Assembly: GCF_000006765.1 (NCBI RefSeq)
Contig: NC_002516.2
Source of the DNA: Pseudomonas aeruginosa PAO1
GTDB taxonomy: Bacteria; Pseudomonadota; Gammaproteobacteria; Pseudomonadales; Pseudomonadaceae
DNA: 64,000 nt
Strand: one strand, 5' to 3'
Shown: one piece after another, positions 10,761 through 19,962 of the stretch
How positions within the stretch are numbered: position 1 is the first letter of the stretch
Layout: each line of letters opens with the position of its first letter
Made by a program: the position numbers and the translations under genes
Notes under the pieces: generated by a model
Told to the model about the DNA's origin: nothing
What the model saw: the letters and a program-made list of their open reading frames with translations, nothing else
The model's database searches: none

Positions 10761-11510
10761 ATGCCACCGAACGCAGCCGCCCGCCTCGTCGCGCCCGCCT
10801 CCCGGCCAGGCGCCGAGGTCCTCGACACCCACTACCACGTGGAAACGCCGGAAGGCATCGACCTGCTCCTGCGTCCCGCCGGCGTCGTCCCCCGGGCCCT
10901 GGCCTATACCATCGACCTCTGCATCCGCGGCCTGATCATGCTGGTGCTGATGCTCGGCCTGGCGTTCCTCGGCAAGCTCGGCGCCGGCCTCGGCCTGCTG
11001 CTGACCTTCATCATGACCTGGTGGTACATGGTCCTCTTCGAGGTGCTCAACCAGGGCCGCTCGCCCGGCAAGCAGATGATGGGACTGCGCGTCGTCCACG
11101 ACGACGGCACTCCGGTGGGCTGGGCCGCGTCGCTGCTGCGCAACCTGCTGCGCTTCGCCGACATCCTGCCCTTCGGCTACGCCCTCGGTCTGCTCTGTTG
11201 CCTGAACCATCCGGCCTTCAAGCGCCTGGGCGACATCGCCGCCGGCACCCTGGTGGTCTACCGCGAACCCGAACTGAGCCGGCCCAGCCTGCCTGACGTC
11301 GAGCCGCAACTGCCGCCCTTCCCCATGAGCCTGGAAGAACAGCGCGCCTTCCTCGGTTTCGCCGAACGCGGCGCGGCGCTTTCCTCGGCACGCCGCGAGG
11401 AACTGGCGGGCATTCTCGCCGAACCGCTGGGCGTCGAGCCGGTACGCGCCCAGGCCGAGATCAACGGCATCGCCCGCGGCTTTCTCGGCCTGCGTCAGGA
11501 GAGCGCATGA
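10761..11510 (+). CDS. RDD family membrane protein
   Basis: RALAYTID, GRSPGKQMMGLRVV and RLGDIAAGTLVV motifs; start uncertain (ATG 10713 or 10761). Confidence 0.85.
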   Translation: MPPNAAARLVAPASRPGAEVLDTHYHVETPEGIDLLLRPAGVVPRALAYTIDLCIRGLIMLVLMLGLAFLGKLGAGLGLLLTFIMTWWYMVLFEVLNQGRSPGKQMMGLRVVHDDGTPVGWAASLLRNLLRFADILPFGYALGLLCCLNHPAFKRLGDIAAGTLVVYREPELSRPSLPDVEPQLPPFPMSLEEQRAFLGFAERGAALSSARREELAGILAEPLGVEPVRAQAEINGIARGFLGLRQESA

Positions 11511-12487
11511 AACAGAGCCTCTTCGAACAGCGCCACCAGGCCGCCTGGCTACGCTTCGACAAACGCCTCGCCTTCCTCGAGAAAGGCAAGAAGCTGGAAG
11601 GCTCCAGCGACGACTTCGCCGCCGATTACCGGCGCCTCTGCCAGCAACTGGCGCTGGCCCAGGAGCGCGGCTACAGCAGTCACCTGATCGACCAGTTGCA
11701 GCAACTGGCGATGCGCGGCCATCAGCAGTTCTACCGGCACCGCAGCCACCTCGGCAGCCGCATCCTCGGCTTCCTGCTCGCAGGCCTGCCGCGCCTGGTC
11801 CGCGAGGAGTGGCGCAGCATCGCCGTGGCCAGCCTGCTGTTCTACGGCAGCGCCCTGCTCATGGGGCTGCTGGTCTATCACTTTCCCGACCTGATCTACA
11901 GCGTGGTCAGCCCGGACAAGGTCAGCGAGATGGAGTCTATGTACGCCCCGGAAACCACCCGCCTGGGTCCGTTGGGGGCACGCGACACCAGCGACGACTG
12001 GGAAATGTTCGGCTTCTACATCATGAACAACATCGGCATCGCCTTTCAGACCTTCGCCAGCGGCGTGCTGCTGGGACTCGGCAGCCTGTTCTTCCTGCTG
12101 TTCAATGGCCTGATGATCGGTTCGGTGGCCGGCCACCTGACGCAGATCGGCTACGTGCAGACCTTCTGGCCGTTCGTCATCGGCCACGGCGCGTTCGAAC
12201 TGACCGCCATCACCTTCGCCGGCGCCGCCGGCCTCAAGCTCGGCTGGGCGCTGCTCGCGCCAGGTCGCCTGACCCGCGGCGAAGCCCTGCGGCTGGCCGC
12301 CCGGCGCAGCGTGCAACTTATCGCCGGGGTGATCGTGCTGTTGCTGCTGGCGGCCTTCACCGAGGCCTATTGGTCTTCCATCAGTCATTTCGAGCCGCGG
12401 GTGAAGTACGCGGTCGGCGCGGTCCTCTGGCTGCTGGTCGGCAGCTACTTCCTGTTCGCCGGACGGAGCCGCCATGCGCCTGACTGA
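11507..12487 (+). CDS. SpoIIM (DUF95) family membrane protein (326 aa)
   Basis: IMNNIGIAF and GHGAFELTAI motifs; ATGA overlap with the upstream gene. Confidence 0.85.
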   Translation: MKQSLFEQRHQAAWLRFDKRLAFLEKGKKLEGSSDDFAADYRRLCQQLALAQERGYSSHLIDQLQQLAMRGHQQFYRHRSHLGSRILGFLLAGLPRLVREEWRSIAVASLLFYGSALLMGLLVYHFPDLIYSVVSPDKVSEMESMYAPETTRLGPLGARDTSDDWEMFGFYIMNNIGIAFQTFASGVLLGLGSLFFLLFNGLMIGSVAGHLTQIGYVQTFWPFVIGHGAFELTAITFAGAAGLKLGWALLAPGRLTRGEALRLAARRSVQLIAGVIVLLLLAAFTEAYWSSISHFEPRVKYAVGAVLWLLVGSYFLFAGRSRHAPD

Positions 12488-14045
12488 CGCCAGCGTGGCG
12501 ATCCGCCCGCGCAGCGCCTGGGAAGCGCTCGACCTCGGCATCCTCCTGGCGCATCGCCATGCGCGCCTGCTGATGGGCAGTTGGGCGTTGCTGACCCTGC
12601 CGCTGTTCGCCGTGCTCAGCCTCCTGCTGTGGCAGCATCCGACCCTGGCGATCCTGATCTTCTGGTGGCTCAAGCCGGCCTTCGAACGACTGCCGCTGTA
12701 TATTCTCTCGCACGCCCTGTTCGGCGATACGCCAACCCTGAGGCAGGCCCTGCGCGCCTATCCCGCCCTGCTGAGGAAGCAGTTGCCGGCCAGCCTGCTG
12801 TGGCGCCGCTTCAGTCCGACGCGCAGCTTCGACCTGCCGGTCCTGCAACTGGAAGGACTCGCCGGGGAGCCCCGCAGCCAGCGCCTGATCGTATTGTCCC
12901 AGCGCAACGCCGGCGGCGCGACCTGGCTGACCGTGGTCGGCGTGCACCTGGAAATGGCGCTCTGGGCCGGCTTCGCCATGCTTCTCTACCTGCTGATCCC
13001 GGCGCAGAACGAGATCGACTGGAACTGGCAGAGCCTGCTCGACCCGGAAGCCGGCGAGTGGCTCTGGCTGGAGCACCTGTCGAACCTGCTCTACGTCCTG
13101 GTGCTGGTAGTCTGGGAGCCGATCTACGTGGCCTGCGGCTTCACCCTCTACCTGAACCGGCGCACCGAACTGGAGGCCTGGGACATCGAGCTGGTGTTCC
13201 GCCGCCTGCGCCAGCGTCTGGTCGGCAGCGCCTATGTCCTGCTGCTCGGCCTGACCGCTTCGCTGGCCTGGCTGCCCGCCCCTTCCGCCTATGCCGAGCC
13301 GGCGGCCGCCACCAGCGCCGGCGAAGCCGAGCTGCCGCCCGAGCAGGCCCGCCTGCTGCGGCAGAAACTCAACAGCGAACAGGCCGGCAAGCAGATCCGG
13401 GCGATCGTCGACGGCGCGCCGTTCAAGAACAGCGAGACCGTTACGGGCTGGCGCTTCGGCGACAAGACCGAGAAAAAGGACAGCCGCAAGGAGGACGAAG
13501 AGCGGCTCAAGGCATTCTTCGAGGCCCTGGCCAACTGGGTGCCGTTCCGTCACGCGGCGCAGGTCATCGAAGTGCTGCTCTGGGCGCTGCTGTTCAGCGC
13601 GGTGTTCCTGCTGGTCTGGCGCTACCGTGAATGGCTGCGCCTGTTCGTCGGCAACCTGGGCTTGCCGCAACGGGCCCGCCGCGAAGCGCCGACGGTGATG
13701 TTCGGCCTCGATCTCAGTCCGGAAAGCCTGCCCGACGACATCGCCAGCAACGCCGAACGGCTCTGGAACGAGAAACCACGGGAAGCCCTCGGCCTGCTCT
13801 ACCGCGGGCTGCTCAGCCGACTGCTGCATGACTACCGCCTGCCGTTGAAGGGCTCCCATACCGAGGGCGAGGTCCTGCGCCTGGTCGAAGGACTGGAGCA
13901 ACAACGGCCGCTGCTGCACTACAGCCAACTGCTGACCGCCCAATGGCAGGCGCTCGCCTACGGCCACCGGCTGCCGGCAGACGACACTCGCCAGCGCCTC
14001 TGCGACGGCTGGCGCAGCCTTTTCGCCGCGGGAGCCAAGCCATGA
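12474..14045 (+). CDS. Membrane protein with C-terminal DUF4129-like domain (523 aa)
   Basis: N-terminal TMs; C-terminal REALGLLYRG...TEGE...AYG; overlaps both neighbours. Confidence 0.8.
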   Translation: MRLTDASVAIRPRSAWEALDLGILLAHRHARLLMGSWALLTLPLFAVLSLLLWQHPTLAILIFWWLKPAFERLPLYILSHALFGDTPTLRQALRAYPALLRKQLPASLLWRRFSPTRSFDLPVLQLEGLAGEPRSQRLIVLSQRNAGGATWLTVVGVHLEMALWAGFAMLLYLLIPAQNEIDWNWQSLLDPEAGEWLWLEHLSNLLYVLVLVVWEPIYVACGFTLYLNRRTELEAWDIELVFRRLRQRLVGSAYVLLLGLTASLAWLPAPSAYAEPAAATSAGEAELPPEQARLLRQKLNSEQAGKQIRAIVDGAPFKNSETVTGWRFGDKTEKKDSRKEDEERLKAFFEALANWVPFRHAAQVIEVLLWALLFSAVFLLVWRYREWLRLFVGNLGLPQRARREAPTVMFGLDLSPESLPDDIASNAERLWNEKPREALGLLYRGLLSRLLHDYRLPLKGSHTEGEVLRLVEGLEQQRPLLHYSQLLTAQWQALAYGHRLPADDTRQRLCDGWRSLFAAGAKP

Positions 14046-15313
14046 TGAGCCGGCGCGCGCGCTTCCTGCTGCTTGCCGTGCTCCTGCTGCTGGCCGGGCT
14101 GCTGGCGATCTTCCTGGCCAGCCGCCTGCAACCCTATACGGAGACGATCGACCTCGGCCCATCGCCGGAGGCCCGGCGCAATCCCTACCTGGCCGCCGAA
14201 CTGTTCCTGCGCAAGCAGGGGGTCACGGTGAGCCGTGCCGACGGCCTTGAGGTCCTCAAGGAGCTGCCGCCCTCCGGGCATACCCTGCTCCTGCTCGGCA
14301 GCCGCTCCGGCATGACTCCCGGCCAGGCTCGCCGCCTGCTGCAATGGAGCGAGCAGGGCGGGCACCTGGTGCTGATCGCCGAACGCCTGTGGGACGAGGA
14401 CGAGAAGAAGAGCGGCGACCTGCTGCTCGACAGCCTGGATATCCGCCAGTACCTCACCGAGGACTTCGACGACAGCCAGGACCGGGCCAGCGAGGAAACC
14501 GCCGACGCCGACGCCGACGAAGGTAGCGTCGACGACCACGCGACCGAAGCGCCGCCGGAGGACACCGCCGGCGAGGAAGAAGAACCCGCCGACAGCGTGC
14601 CGGACTATTCCGCACTGACCCGCCTGTACCTGGAAAACGAGCGCTCGCCGGCCTACATCGGCTTCGATCCCGACTACCACCTCTACGATCCGCAGAACCA
14701 CGCCTACGCCTGGGCCAACAGCGGCGACGCCACCCACCTGTTGCAGATGCAGCACGGCAAGGGCCTGGTCACGGTGCTCACCGACGCCTGGATCTGGCAG
14801 AACCGCAACATCGAGCAGTACGACAACGCCTGGCTGCTCTGGTACCTGACCCAGGACAACCAGGTGACCCTGCTCTACCGCGCCGAACGCGACAGCCTCG
14901 CCACCCTGCTCGCCCGCCACTTCCCCGAGGCCCTGGCGGCAGCGCTGCTGCTGTTGCTCGCCGGCCTGTGGCGCGCAGGGCTGCGCCAGGGTCCCTTGCA
15001 GCCGGTGGCCAGCCGTTCGCGCCGGCAACTGGAGGAACACCTGCGCGCCGGCGCCGACTTCCTCCTCCGCCAGCGCGGCCACGTCGCCTTGCTGCACGGT
15101 CTGCAACGCGACATCCTGCGCAGGGCGCGGCGTCGCCACCCCGGTTTCGAACAGCTCGGCGTCGCCGAGCAATGGCAGATCCTCGGGCGCATGACCCGCC
15201 TGCCACCCAGCGCCATCAGCCAGGCCATGCGCCCATATCCGGCGCAGCGCCTTTCCGCTGCCGACTTCACCCGCCAGGTCGCCCACCTGCAAAGCCTCAG
15301 GAATGCCCTATGA
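14042..15313 (+). CDS. DUF4350-type periplasmic/membrane protein (about 423 aa)
   Basis: N-terminal anchor, LLQWSEQGGHLVL, C-terminal TM followed by RRQLEEHLRA; acidic insert. Confidence 0.8.
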   Translation: MMSRRARFLLLAVLLLLAGLLAIFLASRLQPYTETIDLGPSPEARRNPYLAAELFLRKQGVTVSRADGLEVLKELPPSGHTLLLLGSRSGMTPGQARRLLQWSEQGGHLVLIAERLWDEDEKKSGDLLLDSLDIRQYLTEDFDDSQDRASEETADADADEGSVDDHATEAPPEDTAGEEEEPADSVPDYSALTRLYLENERSPAYIGFDPDYHLYDPQNHAYAWANSGDATHLLQMQHGKGLVTVLTDAWIWQNRNIEQYDNAWLLWYLTQDNQVTLLYRAERDSLATLLARHFPEALAAALLLLLAGLWRAGLRQGPLQPVASRSRRQLEEHLRAGADFLLRQRGHVALLHGLQRDILRRARRRHPGFEQLGVAEQWQILGRMTRLPPSAISQAMRPYPAQRLSAADFTRQVAHLQSLRNAL

Positions 15314-16317
15314 GCGAACAGACGCCCGAACAACCGAGCACCGCGCCCAACCCGGCGCTCCAGCGCCAGCGCGCCAGCCAGCTGGCCCAGGCCCTGCGCA
15401 CCGAACTGCAGAAAGCCCTGATCGGCCAGGGCGCAGTGATCGACGACGTGCTCACCGCGTTGCTCGCCGGCGGCCACGTGCTGGTGGAAGGCGTGCCGGG
15501 GCTCGGCAAGACCCTGCTGGTACGCGCCCTGGCGCGCTGCTTCGACGGCGGCTTCGCGCGCATCCAGTTCACCCCCGACCTGATGCCCAGCGACGTCACC
15601 GGCCACGCCGTATACGACCTCGCCAGCGAGCAGTTCAAGCTGCGCAAGGGGCCGGTGTTCACCCACCTGCTGCTGGCGGACGAGATCAACCGCGCGCCGG
15701 CCAAGACCCAGGCCGCCCTCCTGGAAGTGATGCAGGAGCGCCAGGTCACCCTGGAAGGACGCGCCCTGCCGGTGCCGCAGCCGTTCATGGTGCTGGCGAC
15801 GCAGAACCCGATCGAGCAGGAAGGCACCTATCCGCTGCCGGAAGCCGAACTCGACCGCTTCATGCTCAAGCTGCGCATCGATTACCCGGCCGAAGCCGAG
15901 GAACAGACCCTGGTGCGCCAGGTGACCCGCTCCGCGCGCAGCGACATGCTCGACGTGGCCAACCTGCGGCCGCTGCTGAAGGACAAAGACGTTCTCGCCC
16001 TGCAGCGGATCGCCAGCGACCTGCCGATCGACGACCAGGTCCTCGACTATGCCGTGCGCCTGGCCCGCACCACCCGCAACTGGCCGGGCCTGGCCCTCGG
16101 CGCCGGACCTCGCGCGTCGATCGCCCTGGTCCGTTGCGGCCGGGCGCGGGCGCTGCTGCGCGGCGGCGAGTTCGTGGTGCCGGACGACATCAAGGGCTGT
16201 GCCCTGGCGGTCCTGCGCCATCGGGTCCGGCTGTCTCCGGAGCTGGACATCGAGGGGCTGTCGGTGGACCAGGTCCTGCAACAGTTGCTCGACCAGGTAC
16301 CGGCCCCCCGCGTATGA
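15310..16317 (+). CDS. MoxR-family AAA+ ATPase (335 aa)
   Basis: Walker A GVPGLGKT, RIQFTPDLMPSD, Walker B LLADEINR, ATQNPIEQEGTYPLPEAELDRF. Confidence 0.93.
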   Translation: MSEQTPEQPSTAPNPALQRQRASQLAQALRTELQKALIGQGAVIDDVLTALLAGGHVLVEGVPGLGKTLLVRALARCFDGGFARIQFTPDLMPSDVTGHAVYDLASEQFKLRKGPVFTHLLLADEINRAPAKTQAALLEVMQERQVTLEGRALPVPQPFMVLATQNPIEQEGTYPLPEAELDRFMLKLRIDYPAEAEEQTLVRQVTRSARSDMLDVANLRPLLKDKDVLALQRIASDLPIDDQVLDYAVRLARTTRNWPGLALGAGPRASIALVRCGRARALLRGGEFVVPDDIKGCALAVLRHRVRLSPELDIEGLSVDQVLQQLLDQVPAPRV

Positions 16318-17645
16318 AGCCATCGCGCGCCCTGCTGGCGCTGTTCGCCGCGCTCCTGCTGCTGGCCATCGGCCTGGGCAGCCTGTCGGCGCTCGGCCAG
16401 CGGTTGCCTGCGCAACTGCATACATTCTGGTGGGCGGCGCTCGCCGCGCTGCTCCTGCTCGGCCTGCTGGACGCCCTGTGGGCGCGCCGCCAGGCGGTGC
16501 CGAAGCTGAGCCGCCAGCTCAGCGGCAACCTGCCGCTGGGGCGCTGGAGCGAAGTGCGTCTGCATCTGCAGCACACCTATCGGCGTCCGGTTCGCCTGAC
16601 CCTGTTCGATCACCTGCCGGCCGGCATGGATTTCGAGTACCTGCCGCAGGAGGTCGAACTGCGCCCGGGCGAAAGCACCGAGGTCGGCTACCGGGTGCGG
16701 CCGCTCAACCGCGGTCACTTCGTGTTTCCCCGCTGCGAGCTGGAACTGCCCAGCCCGCTGCGCCTGTGGCGGCAGCGCCGCTACCTGGAAGCACGCGGCG
16801 AGACCCGCGTCTATCCGGACTTCGCCCGCCTCTACGGCGCCGAACTGATGGCGGTCGACCACTGGCTCAACCAGATCGGCGTACGCGGCGGCCAGCGCCG
16901 CGGCCTCGGCCTGGAGTTCCACCAGTTGCGCGAATTCCGCGACGGCGACACCCTGCGCCAGATCGACTGGAAGGCCACCGCTCGCAAACGCACGCCGATC
17001 GCCCGCGAATACCAGGACGAACGCGACCAGCAGATCCTCTTCCTGCTCGACTGCGGCCGCCGCATGCGCAGCCAGGACGGCGACCTGTCGCACTTCGACC
17101 ATGCCCTCAACGCCAGCCTGCTGCTGGCCTACGTGGCCCTGCGCCAGGGCGACGCGGTGGGCGCCATGACCTTCGCCGGCGACGACCGCCGGCATCTCCC
17201 GCCGGGCAAGGGCAGCGCCCAGCTCGGCGCGCTGCTCAACACCGTCTACGACCTGCAGACCAGCCAGCGTCCCGCCGATTTCCCGGAAGCCGTGCAGGCG
17301 GTGCTGTCCCGCCAGCGGCGGCGGGCCCTGGTGATCCTGGTAACCAACCTGCGCGACGAGGACGACGAAGAACTGCTCGGCGCGGTGAAACGCCTGGGCC
17401 GCCAGCACCGGGTGCTGGTCGCCAGCCTGCGCGAGGAAGTGCTCGACACCCTGCGCCACGAGCCGGTCGCCCGCTACGAGCAGGCGCTCGCCTACACCGG
17501 CACCATCGACTACCTGAATGCGCGCAACGGCCTCCACGAGAAGCTCGCGGCCCACGGCGTGCCAGTGCTCGATGCGCGTCCCAGCGAACTCGGGCCGGAG
17601 CTGATCAGCCGCTACCTGGGCTGGAAGCGCGCCGGCGTGCTTTGA
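16314..17645 (+). CDS. DUF58 / VWA-like MoxR partner with N-terminal TMs (443 aa)
   Basis: GLEFHQLREFRDGDTLRQIDWKATAR DUF58 signature; ATGA overlap with moxR. Confidence 0.88.
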   Translation: MKPSRALLALFAALLLLAIGLGSLSALGQRLPAQLHTFWWAALAALLLLGLLDALWARRQAVPKLSRQLSGNLPLGRWSEVRLHLQHTYRRPVRLTLFDHLPAGMDFEYLPQEVELRPGESTEVGYRVRPLNRGHFVFPRCELELPSPLRLWRQRRYLEARGETRVYPDFARLYGAELMAVDHWLNQIGVRGGQRRGLGLEFHQLREFRDGDTLRQIDWKATARKRTPIAREYQDERDQQILFLLDCGRRMRSQDGDLSHFDHALNASLLLAYVALRQGDAVGAMTFAGDDRRHLPPGKGSAQLGALLNTVYDLQTSQRPADFPEAVQAVLSRQRRRALVILVTNLRDEDDEELLGAVKRLGRQHRVLVASLREEVLDTLRHEPVARYEQALAYTGTIDYLNARNGLHEKLAAHGVPVLDARPSELGPELISRYLGWKRAGVL

Positions 17646-17649
17646 CGGA

Positions 17650-18009
17650 TCAGACCGACTGCGGCTGGCGGGGGAAGCTGAAGTAGCGGCGCAGCGCCTC
17701 CACCAGTTCGAGGAATTCGGCGGGCGGCGCCAGCAGATGGAAGCCGGAATCGAAATGACCGGGCGTGACGTCCTCGCAGGTCCACCGGCAGTCGGCGGAA
17801 AAATCGATGCATTGCGGGCGACCGCCCAGTCCCGGAACCTTCAGGCGCAGTTCGAAACGCGCGCCGACCAGCATCGGCAATTGGCTGATCAGCAGCAGGC
17901 CGTCCTCGGAGACGTTGCCGATGTAGCCCATCGGCTTATCGGTGATGCGATTGAACACCTTCAGGTAGCTGGGCAACTGATGGCGCTGGATATGTCGTTG
18001 AAGACCCAT
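17650..18009 (-). CDS. Stand-alone PilZ-domain protein (119 aa)
   Basis: RxxxR (RHIQR) and N-x-S-x-x-G (NVSEDG) c-di-GMP motifs. Confidence 0.85.
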   Translation of the reverse strand: MGLQRHIQRHQLPSYLKVFNRITDKPMGYIGNVSEDGLLLISQLPMLVGARFELRLKVPGLGGRPQCIDFSADCRWTCEDVTPGHFDSGFHLLAPPAEFLELVEALRRYFSFPRQPQSV

Positions 18010-18069
18010 AATGGCATTTCGCTATGATTTGCAGTCCAGTATGACGATGCCGGCGCTCGGGGAACAAGC

Positions 18070-18492
18070 TCAGCGGCAGCGTTCGGACTCCCGCGAGGCC
18101 AGTTCGCGACGAATGGCGTCCAGCTCGGCATCGCTCAGATAAACCGGCCCGCCGCCGGCGTCCTGCCGATAGAAGCGGCCGCCGCGTTCGAGCTGGGACA
18201 ACTGTTGCCGCAAGCGCCCGCATTCCTCGGCCAGCGCAGCCTGGCGCTGGCCGGCACGTTCGGCGGCGGCGGTGCGTTCCTCGCGACGAGCATCGAAATA
18301 CTCCTGGGTGCGCTGCTCGCGCTGGCGGGTCGCGGCGTCACGTTCCACCACCTGCGGCCTGACTTCGACGCGTTGCGCGCCGGCCGGTGGCGTGGCGGAG
18401 AAGTGTACCTTGCCCTGGGCATCGGTCCAGCGATAGATGTCCGCCTGCGCCAGCACGGGCATCAGGGCGACACAGAACCACAGGGCACGCAT
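18070..18492 (-). CDS. Exported DUF4124-family protein (140 aa)
   Basis: Signal peptide (AQA-D), IYRWTDAQGKVHFSATPP motif. Confidence 0.85.
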   Translation of the reverse strand: MRALWFCVALMPVLAQADIYRWTDAQGKVHFSATPPAGAQRVEVRPQVVERDAATRQREQRTQEYFDARREERTAAAERAGQRQAALAEECGRLRQQLSQLERGGRFYRQDAGGGPVYLSDAELDAIRRELASRESERCR

Positions 18493-18499
18493 GCGAACC

Positions 18500-18509
18500 T
18501 CCTCCGTGA
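18500..18509 (-). promoter_or_regulatory. RsmA/CsrA consensus site over the SD of the DUF4124 gene
   Basis: Minus strand TCACGGAGGA fits (A/U)CANGGANG(U/A) at all positions. Confidence 0.5.
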
Positions 18510-18594
18510 AATCCAGGGCGAAGCTTACCGGATAGACCGGTGTCCCATGCGACCGACGGTCAGCCTGAACGCCCGTCCAATCCCTCCCGGCCGC

Positions 18595-18972
18595 CTACAG
18601 GCGGGTCGGCACGGCGCTGGCCGAGGCCGGCGTCTCGCTCAGCCGGCCCAGCTGGCGCAACGTCTCCAGCCGCGCCTTGGCACGGTAGGCATATTCGCTG
18701 GTGGGGTAACGGGCGATGATGAAGTGGTAGGTCTGCGCCGCGTCGACGAACAGGCTCTGGCGTTCCAGGCACTGGCCGCGCAGCAGCGAGATTTCCGGCT
18801 GCAGGTAGGGCCGCGCGCGAATCCGCCGTTCGGCCCGCGACAGGTCGAGCATCACCTGTGCGCAATCGCCTTTGTCGTAGGCGCGGTAGGCCCCGTTCAG
18901 GTCGCTGTTCAGCGACCAGCTGTTACAACCGGTGGCACTCAGCGCCAGGCAGGCAACGATCAAGCTTCGCAT
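18595..18972 (-). CDS. TPR-like lipoprotein (125 aa)
   Basis: Lipobox ATGC; IIARYPTSEYA helix repeat; start inferred from RBS spacing. Confidence 0.8.
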   Translation of the reverse strand: MRSLIVACLALSATGCNSWSLNSDLNGAYRAYDKGDCAQVMLDLSRAERRIRARPYLQPEISLLRGQCLERQSLFVDAAQTYHFIIARYPTSEYAYRAKARLETLRQLGRLSETPASASAVPTRL

Positions 18973-19071
18973 AGGCATATCCTCCGTTGGGAACTGTATC
19001 GGCGCGTATTGGCGTGACTGAAGGGCCTGACTAGACTGGGATGCCCCTCGCCCTGGCGCCAAGGAGATGCC

Positions 19072-19878
19072 ATGCGCTTCGCCCGCCGTCTCGTCCTGCT
19101 CCCGTTGCTGTCGCTGCTGGCCGCCTGCTCGCCGACCACGCCGCTGTTCGTCGCCCAGGTGACCACTGGCGAAGTCGCCGAATACAAGCAGATGAAGAGC
19201 AACCGCATGACCGCCGCCATCGAGGAGGAAGGCGACCTGCTGACCTACAGCGCCATGGCGATCCGCGACAACAGGAGCGCCGAGGCGGAAAAGCTCTACC
19301 TCACCGGCTACGACAATCGCCGCTACAGCGCCGAGGTGCGCGGTATCTCGCTGTACCAGATCGGCCTGATCTACATGAGCCGCTACAACGACCAGCGCGA
19401 CGACGCCAAGGCCACCGACTACTTCCAGCGCGTGGTCCGCGAGTTCCCCGGCACCCACGCCGCCGAGCATGCCCAGGCGCGCCTGCTGGCAATGCGCCAG
19501 CGGGCCAGGGAGCCGGTGCAGAAGAGCGCTCGCGAATTGCTCGCCACCTGGAAGCCACAGCAGAACCTCGATCTCTACAAGACCAGCCTCGACCCGGACA
19601 TGACGCTGCTGTCGCGCCGCGCGGTGCTCAAGGATCGGGTCGACGAAGCCGCCGAGCTCTACCTGCTGGCGGTCAACGATCCGGCGATTCCTGCCGGTAT
19701 AAAGGAAAAAGCCCTCTACCAGCTCGGCCTGATGTACCTGGCGCCGGACAACCCGCACCCGAACCGCGACAAGGCCATCGAATACCTGCGTCGCCAGTTG
19801 CTCGACTATCCTGAAGGCGAATTGTCGAACAAGGCCGGCCGGCACCTCGACCAGGCGCTCAACGTGCAACCTCGCTGA
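19072..19878 (+). CDS. TPR-repeat lipoprotein (268 aa)
   Basis: Lipobox LAAC; repeated (S/A)LYQ(I/L)GL(I/M)Y helices. Confidence 0.82.
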   Translation: MRFARRLVLLPLLSLLAACSPTTPLFVAQVTTGEVAEYKQMKSNRMTAAIEEEGDLLTYSAMAIRDNRSAEAEKLYLTGYDNRRYSAEVRGISLYQIGLIYMSRYNDQRDDAKATDYFQRVVREFPGTHAAEHAQARLLAMRQRAREPVQKSARELLATWKPQQNLDLYKTSLDPDMTLLSRRAVLKDRVDEAAELYLLAVNDPAIPAGIKEKALYQLGLMYLAPDNPHPNRDKAIEYLRRQLLDYPEGELSNKAGRHLDQALNVQPR

Positions 19879-19889
19879 TCCCCGCCGGA

Positions 19890-19903
19890 CTGACCCAGAT
19901 CAA
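19890..19903 (+). promoter_or_regulatory. Anr/Fnr box upstream of the USP gene
   Basis: CTGAC-CCAG-ATCAA versus TTGAT-N4-ATCAA. Confidence 0.65.
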
Positions 19904-19962
19904 GCGCCCGTCGCGGCGCCTGGTCTGCAATGGCATTCCCGCCCAATGCCAGGAGCGTTGCC

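Noticed and set aside
15303-17645. 780-aa ORF suggesting a long fusion
   Set aside because: The first 337 codons are an off-frame read over moxR; the real DUF58 gene starts at ATG 16314.
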